A stretch of 64,000 bases of DNA. It comes from Macrostomum lignano (taxonomy: Eukaryota). The position numbers and the translations under genes were made by a program. A model generated the notes under the pieces. It ran no database searches. It saw only the letters and a program-made list of their open reading frames with translations, and was not told the DNA's origin. Location: positions 1 through 64,000 of the forward strand of contig NIVC01003539.1 in assembly GCA_002269645.1 (NCBI GenBank). Direction: 5' to 3'. Each line of letters starts with the position of its first letter. Position 1 is the stretch's first letter. Below are positions 1 to 16,760 of this stretch, in pieces.

Positions 1-39
1 CATAGGGAGTTGGGGAGGTCACTGAGTCTGGAAGAAGGT

Positions 40-930
40 CAGTGTCCAAGAGGGAGGTCAATGACGACAATGGGTCTGAGAGGGAATTTGAGAGGGAGGT
101 CAATGTTTCTGAGGGAGGTCAAGGAATCTGAGTCAGAGGTCAATGAGTCTGAGAGGGAGGTCAATGTGTCTGAGAGGGAGGTCAATGAGTCTGAGAGGGA
201 GGTCAAGGAATCTGAGTCAGAGGTCAATGAGTCTGAGAGGGAGGTCAAGGAATCTGAGTCAGAGGTCAATGAGTCTGAGAGGGAGGTCAATGTGTCTGAG
301 AGGCAGGTCAATGAGTCTGAGAGGGAGGTCAAGGAATCTGAGTCAGAGGTCAATGAGTCTGAGAGGGAGGTCATGTGTCTGAGAGGGAGGTCAATGAGTC
401 TGAGAGGGAGGTCAATGAATCTGAGAGGGAGTCAATGTGTCTGAGAGGGAGGTCAAGGAATCTGAGAGGGAGGTCAATGAGTCTGAGAGGGAGGTCAATG
501 TGTCTGAGAGGGAGGTCAATGAGTCTGAGAGGGAGGTCAATGAATCTGAGAGGAGGTCAATGAGTCTGAGAGGGAGGTCAATGTGTCTGAGAGGAGGTCA
601 ATGAATCTGAGAGGGAGGTCAATGAGTCTGAGAGGGAGGTCAATGTGTCTGAGAGGGAGGTCAATGAGTCTGAGAGGGAGGTCAATGAGTCTGAGAGTGA
701 GGTCAATGTTTCTGAGGGAGGTCAAGGAATCTGAGAGGGAGGTCAATGAGTCTGAGAGGGAGGTCAATGAGTCTGAGAGGGAGGTCAATGTTTCTGAGGG
801 AGGTCAAGGAATCTGAGAGGGAGGTCAATGTGTCTGAGAGGGAGGTCAATGAGTCTGAGAGGGAGGTCAATGTTTCTGAGGGAGGTCAAGGAATCTGAGA
901 GGGAGGTCCATGAGTCTGAGAGGAAGATGT
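40..930. repeat. Degenerate ~21-bp minisatellite (gagggaggtcaatgagtctga)n
   Basis: Directly visible; it explains the low-complexity ORFs at 10-1025. Confidence 0.9.
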
Positions 931-1671
931 CCATAAGTCTAAGAGGGAGGTCTGGGAAAAGAGTTCAAAGAGTCACAGAGGGAGTCGATTGTGAAATAAA
1001 AGTTAGAAGATCGGTTCAATCCTAGGAAAAGGCAAGCCAGGCAGGCGAGGCGCATCTGCTGTCCCTAAGGTCGCCAGACGGTGCCCAAAAGTCTGCCTTG
1101 TGTTATCGCACTGGCCGGAGAAAAGTAAAAGGCAATTGTCTAATAGTCTGTCGCCCGGAGACGGAGAGGCTGGAAGCGAATCAGTTGGCAACAGAGAGAC
1201 CACTTGGCCAAGAACGTGCCTTGCCGTGTTTTGGCACCGGAAAGTCGACTAGCGTTGGCCTCGGAAATCTTCGCGAAATGTTCGCCATTCGACTGAAAAT
1301 GAAAGGCCGATCAAAATATGGCTCCCTGCTGCCGAAATCTGCCCTGGGCCCATGTTGATGAATTGGGTCCAGTCCCGTCTGATGCCTGCTGAAATCTGCC
1401 TCTCTCAGATTTGCTGGTTGATCAATGCATTTTTGCTGGGCCCAGTTTTCCAAAGTCTCTATATAGGGGGCATTTTTTCAATTAGTTTCCAAGGGCCGCG
1501 CGTGTTGTCGGTCAGAAAATCTCTTGACTTCAGGGTTGGCAAGCACAGGAACTTTTTTGTCTCAGAGGCGGCTCTAGAACGTTTTAAATGTCCTTGACTG
1601 TAAATTTGCTTGCCTCAAATTTTAATTGGCACCACAAATCGTTTGAAAATTTGGCTCAATTTGAATTTTCC

Positions 1672-1810
1672 TGACACAAAACTATGACTCCCCTGACACA
1701 AAACTATGACTCCCCTGACACAAAACTATGACTCCCCTTACACAAAACTATGACTCCCCTTACACAAAACTATGACACCCTCTGACACAAACTTATGACT
1801 CCCTGACACA
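1672..1810. repeat. 23-bp tandem repeat (ctgacacaaaactatgactcccc), about 6 copies
   Basis: Directly visible, just upstream of the DDR acceptor at 1860. Confidence 0.9.
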
Positions 1811-1860
1811 AAGAACGGAACGAGAAGAACACAGAATCCGCCTCTCCATCGCCCCTCCAG

Positions 1861-4067
1861 AAGTGCTGACCAACCCGCCGCCAGCGGAGACCTCGGAGAC
1901 GAGCGGCGGCAGCGGCCAGCAGCCGCGGCCGGGCCCGGATACCCCGACCCCGCTGTCGCCTTCGGATCCGCCATCTCTGCCCGGCAAAATCGATCGAGGC
2001 GAGCGCGTCGACCTGCCCGGAGCCGGCGGCAGAGGCAGCCAGATGCCCAGCCGCGACAACGAGCTGATGTACATCGCCATCATCGTGGCGATCTTGCTGG
2101 GCGCTCTGGCCCTCATGATAGTCATCGGAGTCCTGTGCGTCCGGCGGGGCCAGCTGCGCAAGAAGCAGCAGGACCAGTTCTCGCAGCAGTACCAGCAGCA
2201 GCAGTTCCTCCACCCCGGCCAGTACAATGGCTCCGAGAACATCCACCTGGACTTCAGCAACGGCAGGCCAGCAGTGCTGTTCGGTGGCGGCTTATCGACC
2301 GCAGGCGGGGGCGGCCATCTTGGGCCGTCGGCCTCCTACAAGACGCTCAACAATAACGACGAGGACACGATGGCAGGCGGCGAGGACACTCGCAGCTGCG
2401 GCACTGACGCTTACACTTACGCTGCCGCCTCGTTCTCGCCTCTGATTCAGCCGTCCGGTGATGCCAACGCCTACGCCAGCACCACCCTATGCGGGCCTCA
2501 GCTGCTCCAGCAGCAGCAGCAGCAGCAGATGTACCTAACTGGCCTGGGTACCTATGCCAGGCCCAGGGGCTCTGTTACCAACGGGATGATGTCGCTTCAG
2601 CAGCAGCAACAGCAGCCTCATCATCAGCATCAGCAGCCGCCGCCTCCGCCGCATACTTTGATGATGCGACAGCTGCCGCCTTCGCCGGTGCCGCCTCCCG
2701 TGCCGAGATTCCCGTCCGATCTGAATCTGCAAGGTGAGGCCTTCTGGTAATCTTTTATATCTACCTGCCAATCCATCTACCTGCCAATCCATCTACTTGC
2801 CAATCCATCTACCTGCCAATCCATCTACCTGCCAATCCATCTACCTGCCAATTCATCTACCTGCCAATCCATCTACCTGCCAATCCATCTACCTGCCAAT
2901 CCATCTACCTGCCAATCCATCTATCTGCCAATCCATCTACCTGCCAATCCATCTGTATCTACCTGCCTATCCATCTACTTACCAATCCATCTGCCTGCCA
3001 ATCCATCTACTTGCCAATCCATCTACCTGCCAATCCATCTACCTGCCAATCCATCTACCTGCCAATCCATCTACCTGCCAATCCATCTACCTGCCAATCC
3101 ATCTATCTGCCAATCCATCTACCTGCCAATCCATCTGTATCTACCTGCCTATCCATCTACTTACCAATCCATCTGCCTGCCAATCCATCTACTTGCCAAT
3201 CCATCTACCTGCCAATCCATCTACCTGCCAATCCATCTACCTGCCAATCCATCTACCTGCCAATCCATCTACCTGCCAATCCATCTGTATCTACCTGCCT
3301 ATCCATCTGCATCTACCTGCCTATCCGTCTGCATCTACCTGCCTATCCGTCTGCATCTACCTGCCTATCCATCTGCATCTACCTGCCTATCCATCTGCAT
3401 CTACCTGCCTATCCATCTGCAGTCTTGAAAGCACCAATAACTGCGATGAACATGAACTGCAAGCAGACTGGGTTACATTTTATTGCAACTTACAAACTTT
3501 GCGTGTTCCTCCCTTCCCTGCTGCCTCCCCCACTGCTCTTCCCTGCCTTCAAGCTCCCCAAAGCCGGAAACGTGAGCCTGAATTAAAAACGTGTCATCAC
3601 TTGGGTGACCCGCATCCGCTGCTCTCTCCATCCTTCTTACCTTTGCCTTCCCCCTGCGCCTTCATGGCATCTTGAATTCTCCCTGCCGGACAGTTACGTA
3701 ACCTGTCCGTCATCGGCTGGAAGGACAGGCAGGTATTTAAGCATTGGGGGATTCTGGAATCTGATGAAGCCACTTGGCCGGTGCCTGCAGCGGTGCTGGT
3801 CTTTTTCATTATTATTGTTATTATCTTTTTTGTGGCAGCTTGGCCACCAGAATGCTCAGCGGTATAAAGTGGAAATCCCCAAGCTTATCCAGTGTCACGT
3901 GATCTGAATGGCTTAGTTTTAGAGACCACTTCTGACTAGGGCAGAATTATGCAATACATGCTGCATTGCCAAGCACACTAGCTAAATGTTGTGTCCACTT
4001 TACTGACGGGGCATCCGAAGTGTACAACAGACTGCCTGTCTCTGTGAAACTTCCATTAACAACAGCA

Positions 4068-4109
<42 letters not shown>

Positions 4110-6484
4110 CTTACCCAATGCCCGATTTTATATCTATTCAAAATATCTGTAAGATGGCAACCTACGCAAATATCGCATTTCATCTTTGAACATCTGAGCT
4201 CCTGGATCACACTTTTTTATGTGTAACCATTAGAAAACTAAAAATCTCCCGCATGTAAATACCCAAGCCTAAACATCCCAAACCTAAACGTCCCACAGCC
4301 TAAACACCCGCACCTAAACGTCCCACAATCTAAACACCCGCACCTAAACGTCCCACAATCTAAACACCCGCACCTAAACGTCCCACAATCTAAACACCCG
4401 CACCTAAACGTCCCACAATCTAACCACCCGCACCTAAACGTCCCACAGCCTAAACACCCGCACCTAAACGTCCCACAATCTAAAGACCCGCACCTAAACG
4501 TCCCACAACCTAAACACCCGCACCTAAACGTCCCACAACCTAAACACCCGCACCTAAACGTCCCACAACCTAACCACCCGCACCTAAACGTCCCACAATC
4601 TAAACACCCGCACCTAAACGTCCCACAATCTAAACACCCGCACCTAAACGTCCCACAATCTAACCACCCGCACCTAAACGTCCCACAATCTAAACACCCG
4701 CACCTAAACGTCCCACAATCTAAACACCCGCACCTAAACGTCCCACAATCTAAACACCCGCACCTAAACGTCCCACAATCTAAACACCCGCATCTAAACG
4801 TCCCACAGCCTAAACACCCGCACCTAAACGTCCCACAACCTAAACACCCGCACCTAAACGTCCCACAATCTAAACACCCGCACCTAAACGTCCAAAAATC
4901 TAAACACCCGCACCTAAACGTCCCACAATCTAACCACCCGCACCTAAACGTCCCACAATCTAAACACCCGCATCTAAACGTCCCACAGCCTAAACACCCG
5001 CACCTAAACGTCCCATAACAAAAAAACCACAAAACTACTAGCCTCGAAACTCCAGCAGACTCAAGCCTCATCCATCTGCCTCCCACCTCCGCAGGCTGCT
5101 CGGCGGCACCGTGTACGCCTGTCCCGTGACGCAGCCGCAGCGCCAGCCGTCACCCAGCGGCTCCGCTGCCCCGGCCGACGGCAGCCCCCGCCAACTCGAA
5201 GCCGCCCTGGCCTCGCTGGAAGTGCCCGCCACCTCCGTGGTCCTCAAGGAGCGCCTCGGCGGCGGCAAATTCGGCGAAGTCCGCCTGGCCGAGTGGACGC
5301 CGGCGCCCGCTGCCGACTCGCCGGCGCCGCCCGGCCAGCCGCTGCTCGTGGCCGCCAAGACTCTCCGCAATCCGGGTGCCAATCCGCAGGCGGCCGAGGA
5401 TTTCCGACGCGAGACTCGAACCCTGGCCCGGCTGCGTGATCCCAACATTGTCCGAGTGCTTGGCGTCGTGTCCGGGTCGGACCTGTGCGCCGTGCTAGTT
5501 GAGTACATGCAGCACGGGGACCTGCACCAGTTCCTGCGGTCCCTGGGCACCGGCGGCGGCCCGGAGCCGCCCCTGAGCTACGGCTGCCTGATGCACATGG
5601 CCGCTCAGGTGGCCAGCGGCATGGCCTACCTGGAGTCCGCGCAGCTGGTCCACCGCGACCTGGCCGCCCGCAACTGCCTGCTAGGCGAGGCGTTCTGCGT
5701 CAAAATCTGCGACTTTGGCATGTCGCGGCCCATCTACTCTGCAGACTATTACCGGCTGGACGGCTGTGCTGGGCCCCTCCCCGTGCGCTGGATGGCCTGG
5801 GAGGCCCTGCTGCACGGCCGCTTCACCATCGCCAGCGATGTCTGGAGCTTTGCCGTCACCGTCTGGGAGCTGCTCACCCTGTGCAGGGAGCAGCCGTTTG
5901 CCGGCCTCACCGATGAGCAGGTTTGTTGCTATGGGAAGCTGGATGCGCGCTCGAGCTTGCCGAACTCGATATTCACCACATCACCAATTCATTTGCCTCC
6001 TCATCACTCCCATCTCCCTTCTCTACCCCCCTCTCTCTCCATCTCTCCCCTCTCTCAATCTCCATCTCAATCTCCCCCTCTCCCCCTCTGTATCTCATCG
6101 GTTGTCCTCTTTAATCGTTTTTTATTTCTTTCGGTCCTTAACTACTTTTTCCGTCCAAAATCCAGCGCTTGAAAGCACTACTCTCTCTTGCTACCGTTAG
6201 TAGGAATGCCAGCAAATTTGAAGTATTTCTTTAATTGCATCAAAAACCCGCCACGAACTCAAGGTGGTTGACAACTGCCATCACATTCTGCTCTGCGACG
6301 GGGCCGCTCAGCCGCTGCCCTGCCCGCCGCTGTGCCGCGCGAGCTGTACGACCTGCTGTGCCAGTGCTGGCAGCGGGACGAGGGCTGCCGGCCGCGGTTC
6401 CGCGACATCCGCGCCTTCCTGCAGAGCCGCGACTGCGGCTACACCGCCAAGGATGCCAGCCTGCTGAGACGGCGTCGCTCTTGA
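1861..6484 (+). CDS. DDR: Discoidin domain receptor-type tyrosine kinase, 3' part (TM, juxtamembrane and kinase); extracellular exons lie upstream of the window
   Basis: Exons 1861-2733 (acceptor ccctccag; TM helix YIAIIVAILLGALALMIVIGVLCV then RR; donor AAG|gtgagg), 5095-5920 and 6264-6484. Motifs [38 protein letters not shown] and SDVWSF; the DYYR...P(I/V)RWMAWE pattern and the junction NLQ-G-(CSGG)TVYACP are DDR-like. Needs +1 nt near 5101-5103 and near 6335. Confidence 0.88.
2757..3420. repeat. 16-bp minisatellite (ccatctacctgccaat)n, DDR intron
   Basis: Directly visible; starts about 25 nt after the donor. Confidence 0.92.
4262..5015. repeat. 30-bp minisatellite (cacccgcacctaaacgtcccacaatctaaa)n, DDR intron
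   Basis: About 25 near-identical units. Confidence 0.95.
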
Positions 6485-7234
6485 CTTTTGCTAGGGGCCG
6501 TTCGTTTCTAAGGACGCTAGTGGCTAGATGCTATATCCCTTGCCAACCGTTGCTAGGGGCACGGCTGTTACTAGGGAAACTACGAGTGTTAAGAGTCTAT
6601 AGATATTGCTTCCGAATTCCACTGCATTCTTAAACGGCTTCAGTATAAAAGTGTTTTTTTTCGGGGCAACTGCAATAAAAAAGCATTTATTGCTTTTTGC
6701 AGTCTGAATGTATTTTCTGTAGCAAAGCAGCTCTGCATTGACGTCGTGAGAAGTGCGGGGCTTTTAGCATCTTTCTTAATTTTTTTATCGTCTAGCCTCT
6801 ATTCCGCATCTGCATTCCCTGCTATCGCTACTCAATTACTAGCAGTAGTAGGAGTTGCGTTTTTATTAACTTTTTGGCTAGGGACGGAAATCTGCGACTT
6901 AAATTTGTTTACTGTGGATGACTTTTGCTGGCAATAATAATATATTTTATGCAAATAATAATATGCTGTTTTGCAGTTTTTATCAATCTTGTCTTTTTTC
7001 AATTGATACTATCGCAATTTTACTTGTCAGTAAATTGTATGTACTAATCCGCATATACATATATATATTCAAAATAATATTCTATTTTTGCCTGCAAATT
7101 TTGCGTTCCGCTCTGTACATATTATTTAGCGCAATCTGTCAATGTTAAATTTAGTCCTTTTTCGGTTTGTACGAATTTCAAAAAGCAGTGTTAATAAGCG
7201 CTTTTGAGGCTTTCTAACTGACTTAGCTGGACTG

Positions 7235-7430
7235 CATGTCTTGCGTGGGTGTGCGGAGTGAGGAGGGTGAGCGGAGTGAGGTGGGTGTGCAGAGTAAGGT
7301 GGGTGGGCGGAGTGAGGTGGATGTGCGGATTGAGGTGGGTGTGCGGAGTGAGGTGGATGTGGGGAGTGAGGTTGGTGTGCGGAGTGAGGTGGGTGTGCGG
7401 AGTGAGGTATGTGCGCGAGTGAGGTGGGTG
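7235..7430. repeat. 18-bp G-rich tandem repeat (gtgcggagtgaggtgggt)n
   Basis: Directly visible. Confidence 0.85.
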
Positions 7431-8032
7431 TAGAGATCGGCCCAGTTGGCGAGTCCCATGCACAGTTAGAGTCCGGCTAAAAAGATATTTACTCGCATTT
7501 ACGCAACGCGGTTATTCTATGAAACTCCTTTGTTTGGCTACGACCGATTCGACGGTCCCAGATTGCCCTCCATGCGGCCCCGTGTAAAATCTGTGCGATC
7601 AGTTTGCTTGGCAATATATTATACTGTATCGCTATGCTATAAAACAGTTCAACATAAAAGTGCTCCAAATGCAGTATTTGTATCTTTCGCCGATTAGGTC
7701 TGACCATCCGTTTAATGTTGTAACTATTTTGGACAGCAATCGTTCATGCTAAAATGATTCTGTTGTCCATCACTGTTTGCGCCATTTACCTTTCCCGTGT
7801 TTATTGATTTGCAATCTGCTGAACATTGCTACTGATAGCCCATGAAATCGCTCTCTGTGTAAATGCATATATGACCATACTGACCAGTACAGAATTCATT
7901 CTTATATATATTAATAATACTATATAAAGTACAACTGACGACAGTGACTGAATCTGGCAATTGCCTTCTGTTACGAATTCTCTTGAAATTCTTGGCTATT
8001 ATGTTTTTTATGACCGTCATTTGAAAATGACG

Positions 8033-8990
8033 TCAAATCGATTTAGTTTCAAGTCGGGGTCAGGTAAGGTCAAATCGATTTAGTTTCTATTCGGGGTCAG
8101 GTAAGGTCAAATCGATTAATTTTTAAGTCGGGGTCAGGTAAGGTCAAATCGATTAGTTTCAAGTCGGGTCAGTAAAGGTCAAAATAGATTTAGTTTCTAT
8201 TTTAGTATATTGGATTCGGGGTCAAGTAAGGTCAATTACATTTAGTTTCTATTCGGGGTCAGGTAAGGTCACATCGATTTAGTTTCTATTCGGGTCAGGT
8301 AAGGTCACATCGATTTAGTTTCTATTCGGGGTCAAGTAAGGTCAAATCGATTTAGTTTCAAGTCTGGGTCAATTAAGGTCAAATCAAATTAGTTTTTATT
8401 CGGGGTCAGTTAAGGTCAAATCGATTTAGTTTCTTTTCGGGGTCAGGTAAGGTCAAATCGATGTAGTTTCTATTCGGGGTCAGGTAAGGTCAAATCGATG
8501 TAGTTTCTATTCGGGGTCAGTTAAGGTCAAATCGTTTTAGTTTCTTTTCGGGGTCAGGTAAGGTCAAATCGTTTTAGTTTCTATTCAGGGTCAGGTAAGG
8601 TCACATCGATTTAGTTTCAAGTCTGGGTCAAGTAAGGTCAAATCGATTTAGTTTCAATTCTGGGTCAAGTAAGGTCAAATCAAATTAGTTTTTATTCGGG
8701 GTCAGTTAAGGTCAAATCGTTTTAGTTTCTTTTCGGGGTCAGGTAAGGTCAAATCGATGTAGTTTCTATTCGGGGTCAGGTAAGGTCAAATCGATTTAGT
8801 TTCTAGTCGGGGTCAGGTAAGGTCAAATCGATTAATTTTTAAGTCGGGGTCAGGTAAGGTCACATCGATTTAGTTTCAAGTCGGGTCAGTAAAGGTCAAA
8901 ATAGATTTAGTTTCTATTCGGGGTCAGGTAAGGTCAAATCGATTTAGTTTCAAGTCTGGGTCAAGTAAGGTCAAATTGATTCGGTTTCAA
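8033..8990. repeat. ~35-bp minisatellite (gtcaaatcgatttagtttctattcggggtcaggtaag)n
   Basis: About 27 degenerate units between the convergent DDR and TDH genes. Confidence 0.92.
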
Positions 8991-9542
8991 GACTGGCTGA
9001 TTCGTGTCACAAAATCGTTCCCAATGAGGCTCGCACCGCTTCATCGCAATCCCGAGTCAAGCAAATGTGCCAAACATGCCAAATGTTGAAGCAGAAAATT
9101 CCGTTTAAAACCATGATAGACCCTCGCTCAAGTAAACCATTATGGAGACAGGCTGTAAAGGCACGGTTTATTATAGGGGCAGTGAAACAATAAATTAGAT
9201 CGGGTGAGATTTCAGTCACTTGCAGAAAATTTAGCGGCAAAGGTGAGCGACAAATAATGTTACCTGCAGGTACGTAACATGCATGCAGGTAACATGCATG
9301 CAGGTAACATGCAAATAAACAACAAATGGAGTCAATTAGGGAGAATTTGAGGAGAGGCGCGTGCAGTGCGGTGCTAAGTAAGATCACGTGATCCCAGTAA
9401 TGGTATTTCTTCTTAGCACGTATTGAGCTAAGGGGAAAGCGTTTGTAAAATTTGCATTGATAATAATAAGTTCACTAAGGCTAACGTGCAGCAGATCTTA
9501 ATAAAATCTATAGCATACTACTTAGTAAGTAGTTTTGAATAC

Positions 9543-10065
9543 CAGGAGTGACAGATGAGGGCAGGGGAATCACAGGAGTGACAGATGAGGGCAGGGGAAT
9601 CACAGGAGTGACAGATGAGGCCAGGGGAATCACGGGTGTGACAGATGAGGGCAGGGTAATCACGGGTGTGACAGATGAGGCCAGGGGAATCACAGGTGTG
9701 ACAGATGAGGGTAGGGGAATCACAGGAGTGACAGATGAGGGCAGGGGAATCACAGGAGTGACAAATGAGGGCAGGGGAATCACAGGAGTGACAGATGAGG
9801 GCAGGGGAATCACAGGAGTGACAAATGAGGGCAGGGGAATCACAGGAGTGACAGATGAGGGTAGGGGAATCACAGGTGTGACAGATGAGGGCAGGGGAAT
9901 CACAGGAGTGACAAATGAGGGCAGGGGAATCACAGGAGTGACAGATGAGGGTAGGGGAATCACAGGAGTGACAGATGAGGGCAGGGGAATCACAGGAGTG
10001 ACAGATGAGGGCAGGGGAATCACAGGTGTGACAGATGAGGGCAGGGGAATCACAGGAGTGACAGA
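9543..10065. repeat. 30-bp minisatellite (cacaggagtgacagatgagggcaggggaat)n
   Basis: About 17 units, just downstream of the TDH stop. Confidence 0.95.
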
Positions 10066-10191
10066 GAAAGACGGCAGGCCAGAACTGGGTACAGCAGCTG
10101 CGCTCTCACGGGAGCAGGAAACGAGGCCACAGTCGGCAGCAAGCCTGCATAGTCTATGGCCCAAAGCCTGAGAGTGGGGCTGGCCGAAGAA

Positions 10192-11689
<1,498 letters not shown>

Positions 11690-12219
11690 TCATTTCAATC
11701 CAGTCTTCGGAAACCGGCTGGCTGCCCCCCCCCCGCCGCGGTAAATGCGGCGTGCCAGCGGTACTGCGGGACCCACCCTCCCCTCGAGTACCCGATCTGC
11801 CGACATGCGCTCCCCCCAGAGAACAGAGAAGAAAGGTAAGAGCAGCTCCTACACAGAGAGGTGAGACGGGACACACCCCCAATTCAAACTGTTCCTGCTC
11901 AAACTTTCAATAATGATTTTGTGCAGCCAGCCGCCTCCCAGCCAGTCTGCGCTGTCAGTCTTCTTTTCTTCTCTGTCCTGCTCCGTGCGCTGCGCGAGTT
12001 TTGAATAATGGGGAGGCGGGTGGGGCGACGGCTGCAGGGGGGGGGCTCCTACCCGCGAATTGATTATTTCTCTGCCCGTCTCTGATTTGGGGTGCAGCGG
12101 CAACGAGAGAGACGCCACAGGGTGATCGCGGAGTTGAGAAAGTGACGCGATTTGGTAACTGGTAAAATTGTTATTAGTGTTAATGAGAGTTGGTCTACTA
12201 TAAGTAGGCGCAATGGGTA

Positions 12220-16055
<3,836 letters not shown>

Positions 16056-16760
16056 TCTAGAAAAATTCAGTGGAAGTAGAATTCAAGATTAGCTACATTT
16101 ATAAGTACACTATGTGGTTTGGGTGAGCTGCAGCGTTCATTAGGTAAGTGGCCTGTTTTCTTATTCCACTGAGTGATAAGTGGCTATTTTTGGATGAAGC
16201 TGCAGAGGCTGCAACAGCTGGGGCTGAGCTACATTGAGGTGAGATGCGTTTTTAAAGGTAAGATTCCTGTTTGCGGGTACAGTCTGCAGCTGGGTCAGGC
16301 TCCCAGTGTACTCACAGCTCAGCCTTGCCACCAAATGCATTGAGTCCTCTCCGTACACCGTGAGCTGAATGACCAAACATAGAGAAACTGCTTGCACATT
16401 CATTTCAGCCTTCATCACTTTTGGTTGGATGCTGGACAATGAGAGAGCCGAGGTGGAGGTGGCGGGGGCAAAGAGACGGGCAGAGCCGGTGGAGCAGAGA
16501 GCATACAGAGGCGCATAGCAACTTCCCAGCGCTGCAGCTCAGCCTTGGCTGCTTTTTAATTCCACTCTGAACTTGCATCCGCACGGAAGCCACTGGTGGG
16601 TTAATTTTGCAGATCGCCAACCAGACAGGACGGCTCTACAGAGATAAGGAGGATTGTCAAGACAAGAGTTCAGAATTTAATGGATTCGAATAAGCCAGCG
16701 GTTGCAAACTGAGCAGCCAAGCAACCGGGTGTTAACTGGACTCTGAGCTTTGGAGAGCGG

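Noticed and set aside
9508-10171. 207-218 aa repeat ORFs (GITGVTDEGR / PLPSSVTPVI)
   Set aside because: 30-bp minisatellite downstream of the TDH stop; no unique domain.
16161-16620. Short ORFs upstream of RING-NHL
   Set aside because: No recognisable motif or consistent exon structure; may be UTR or unique non-coding DNA.
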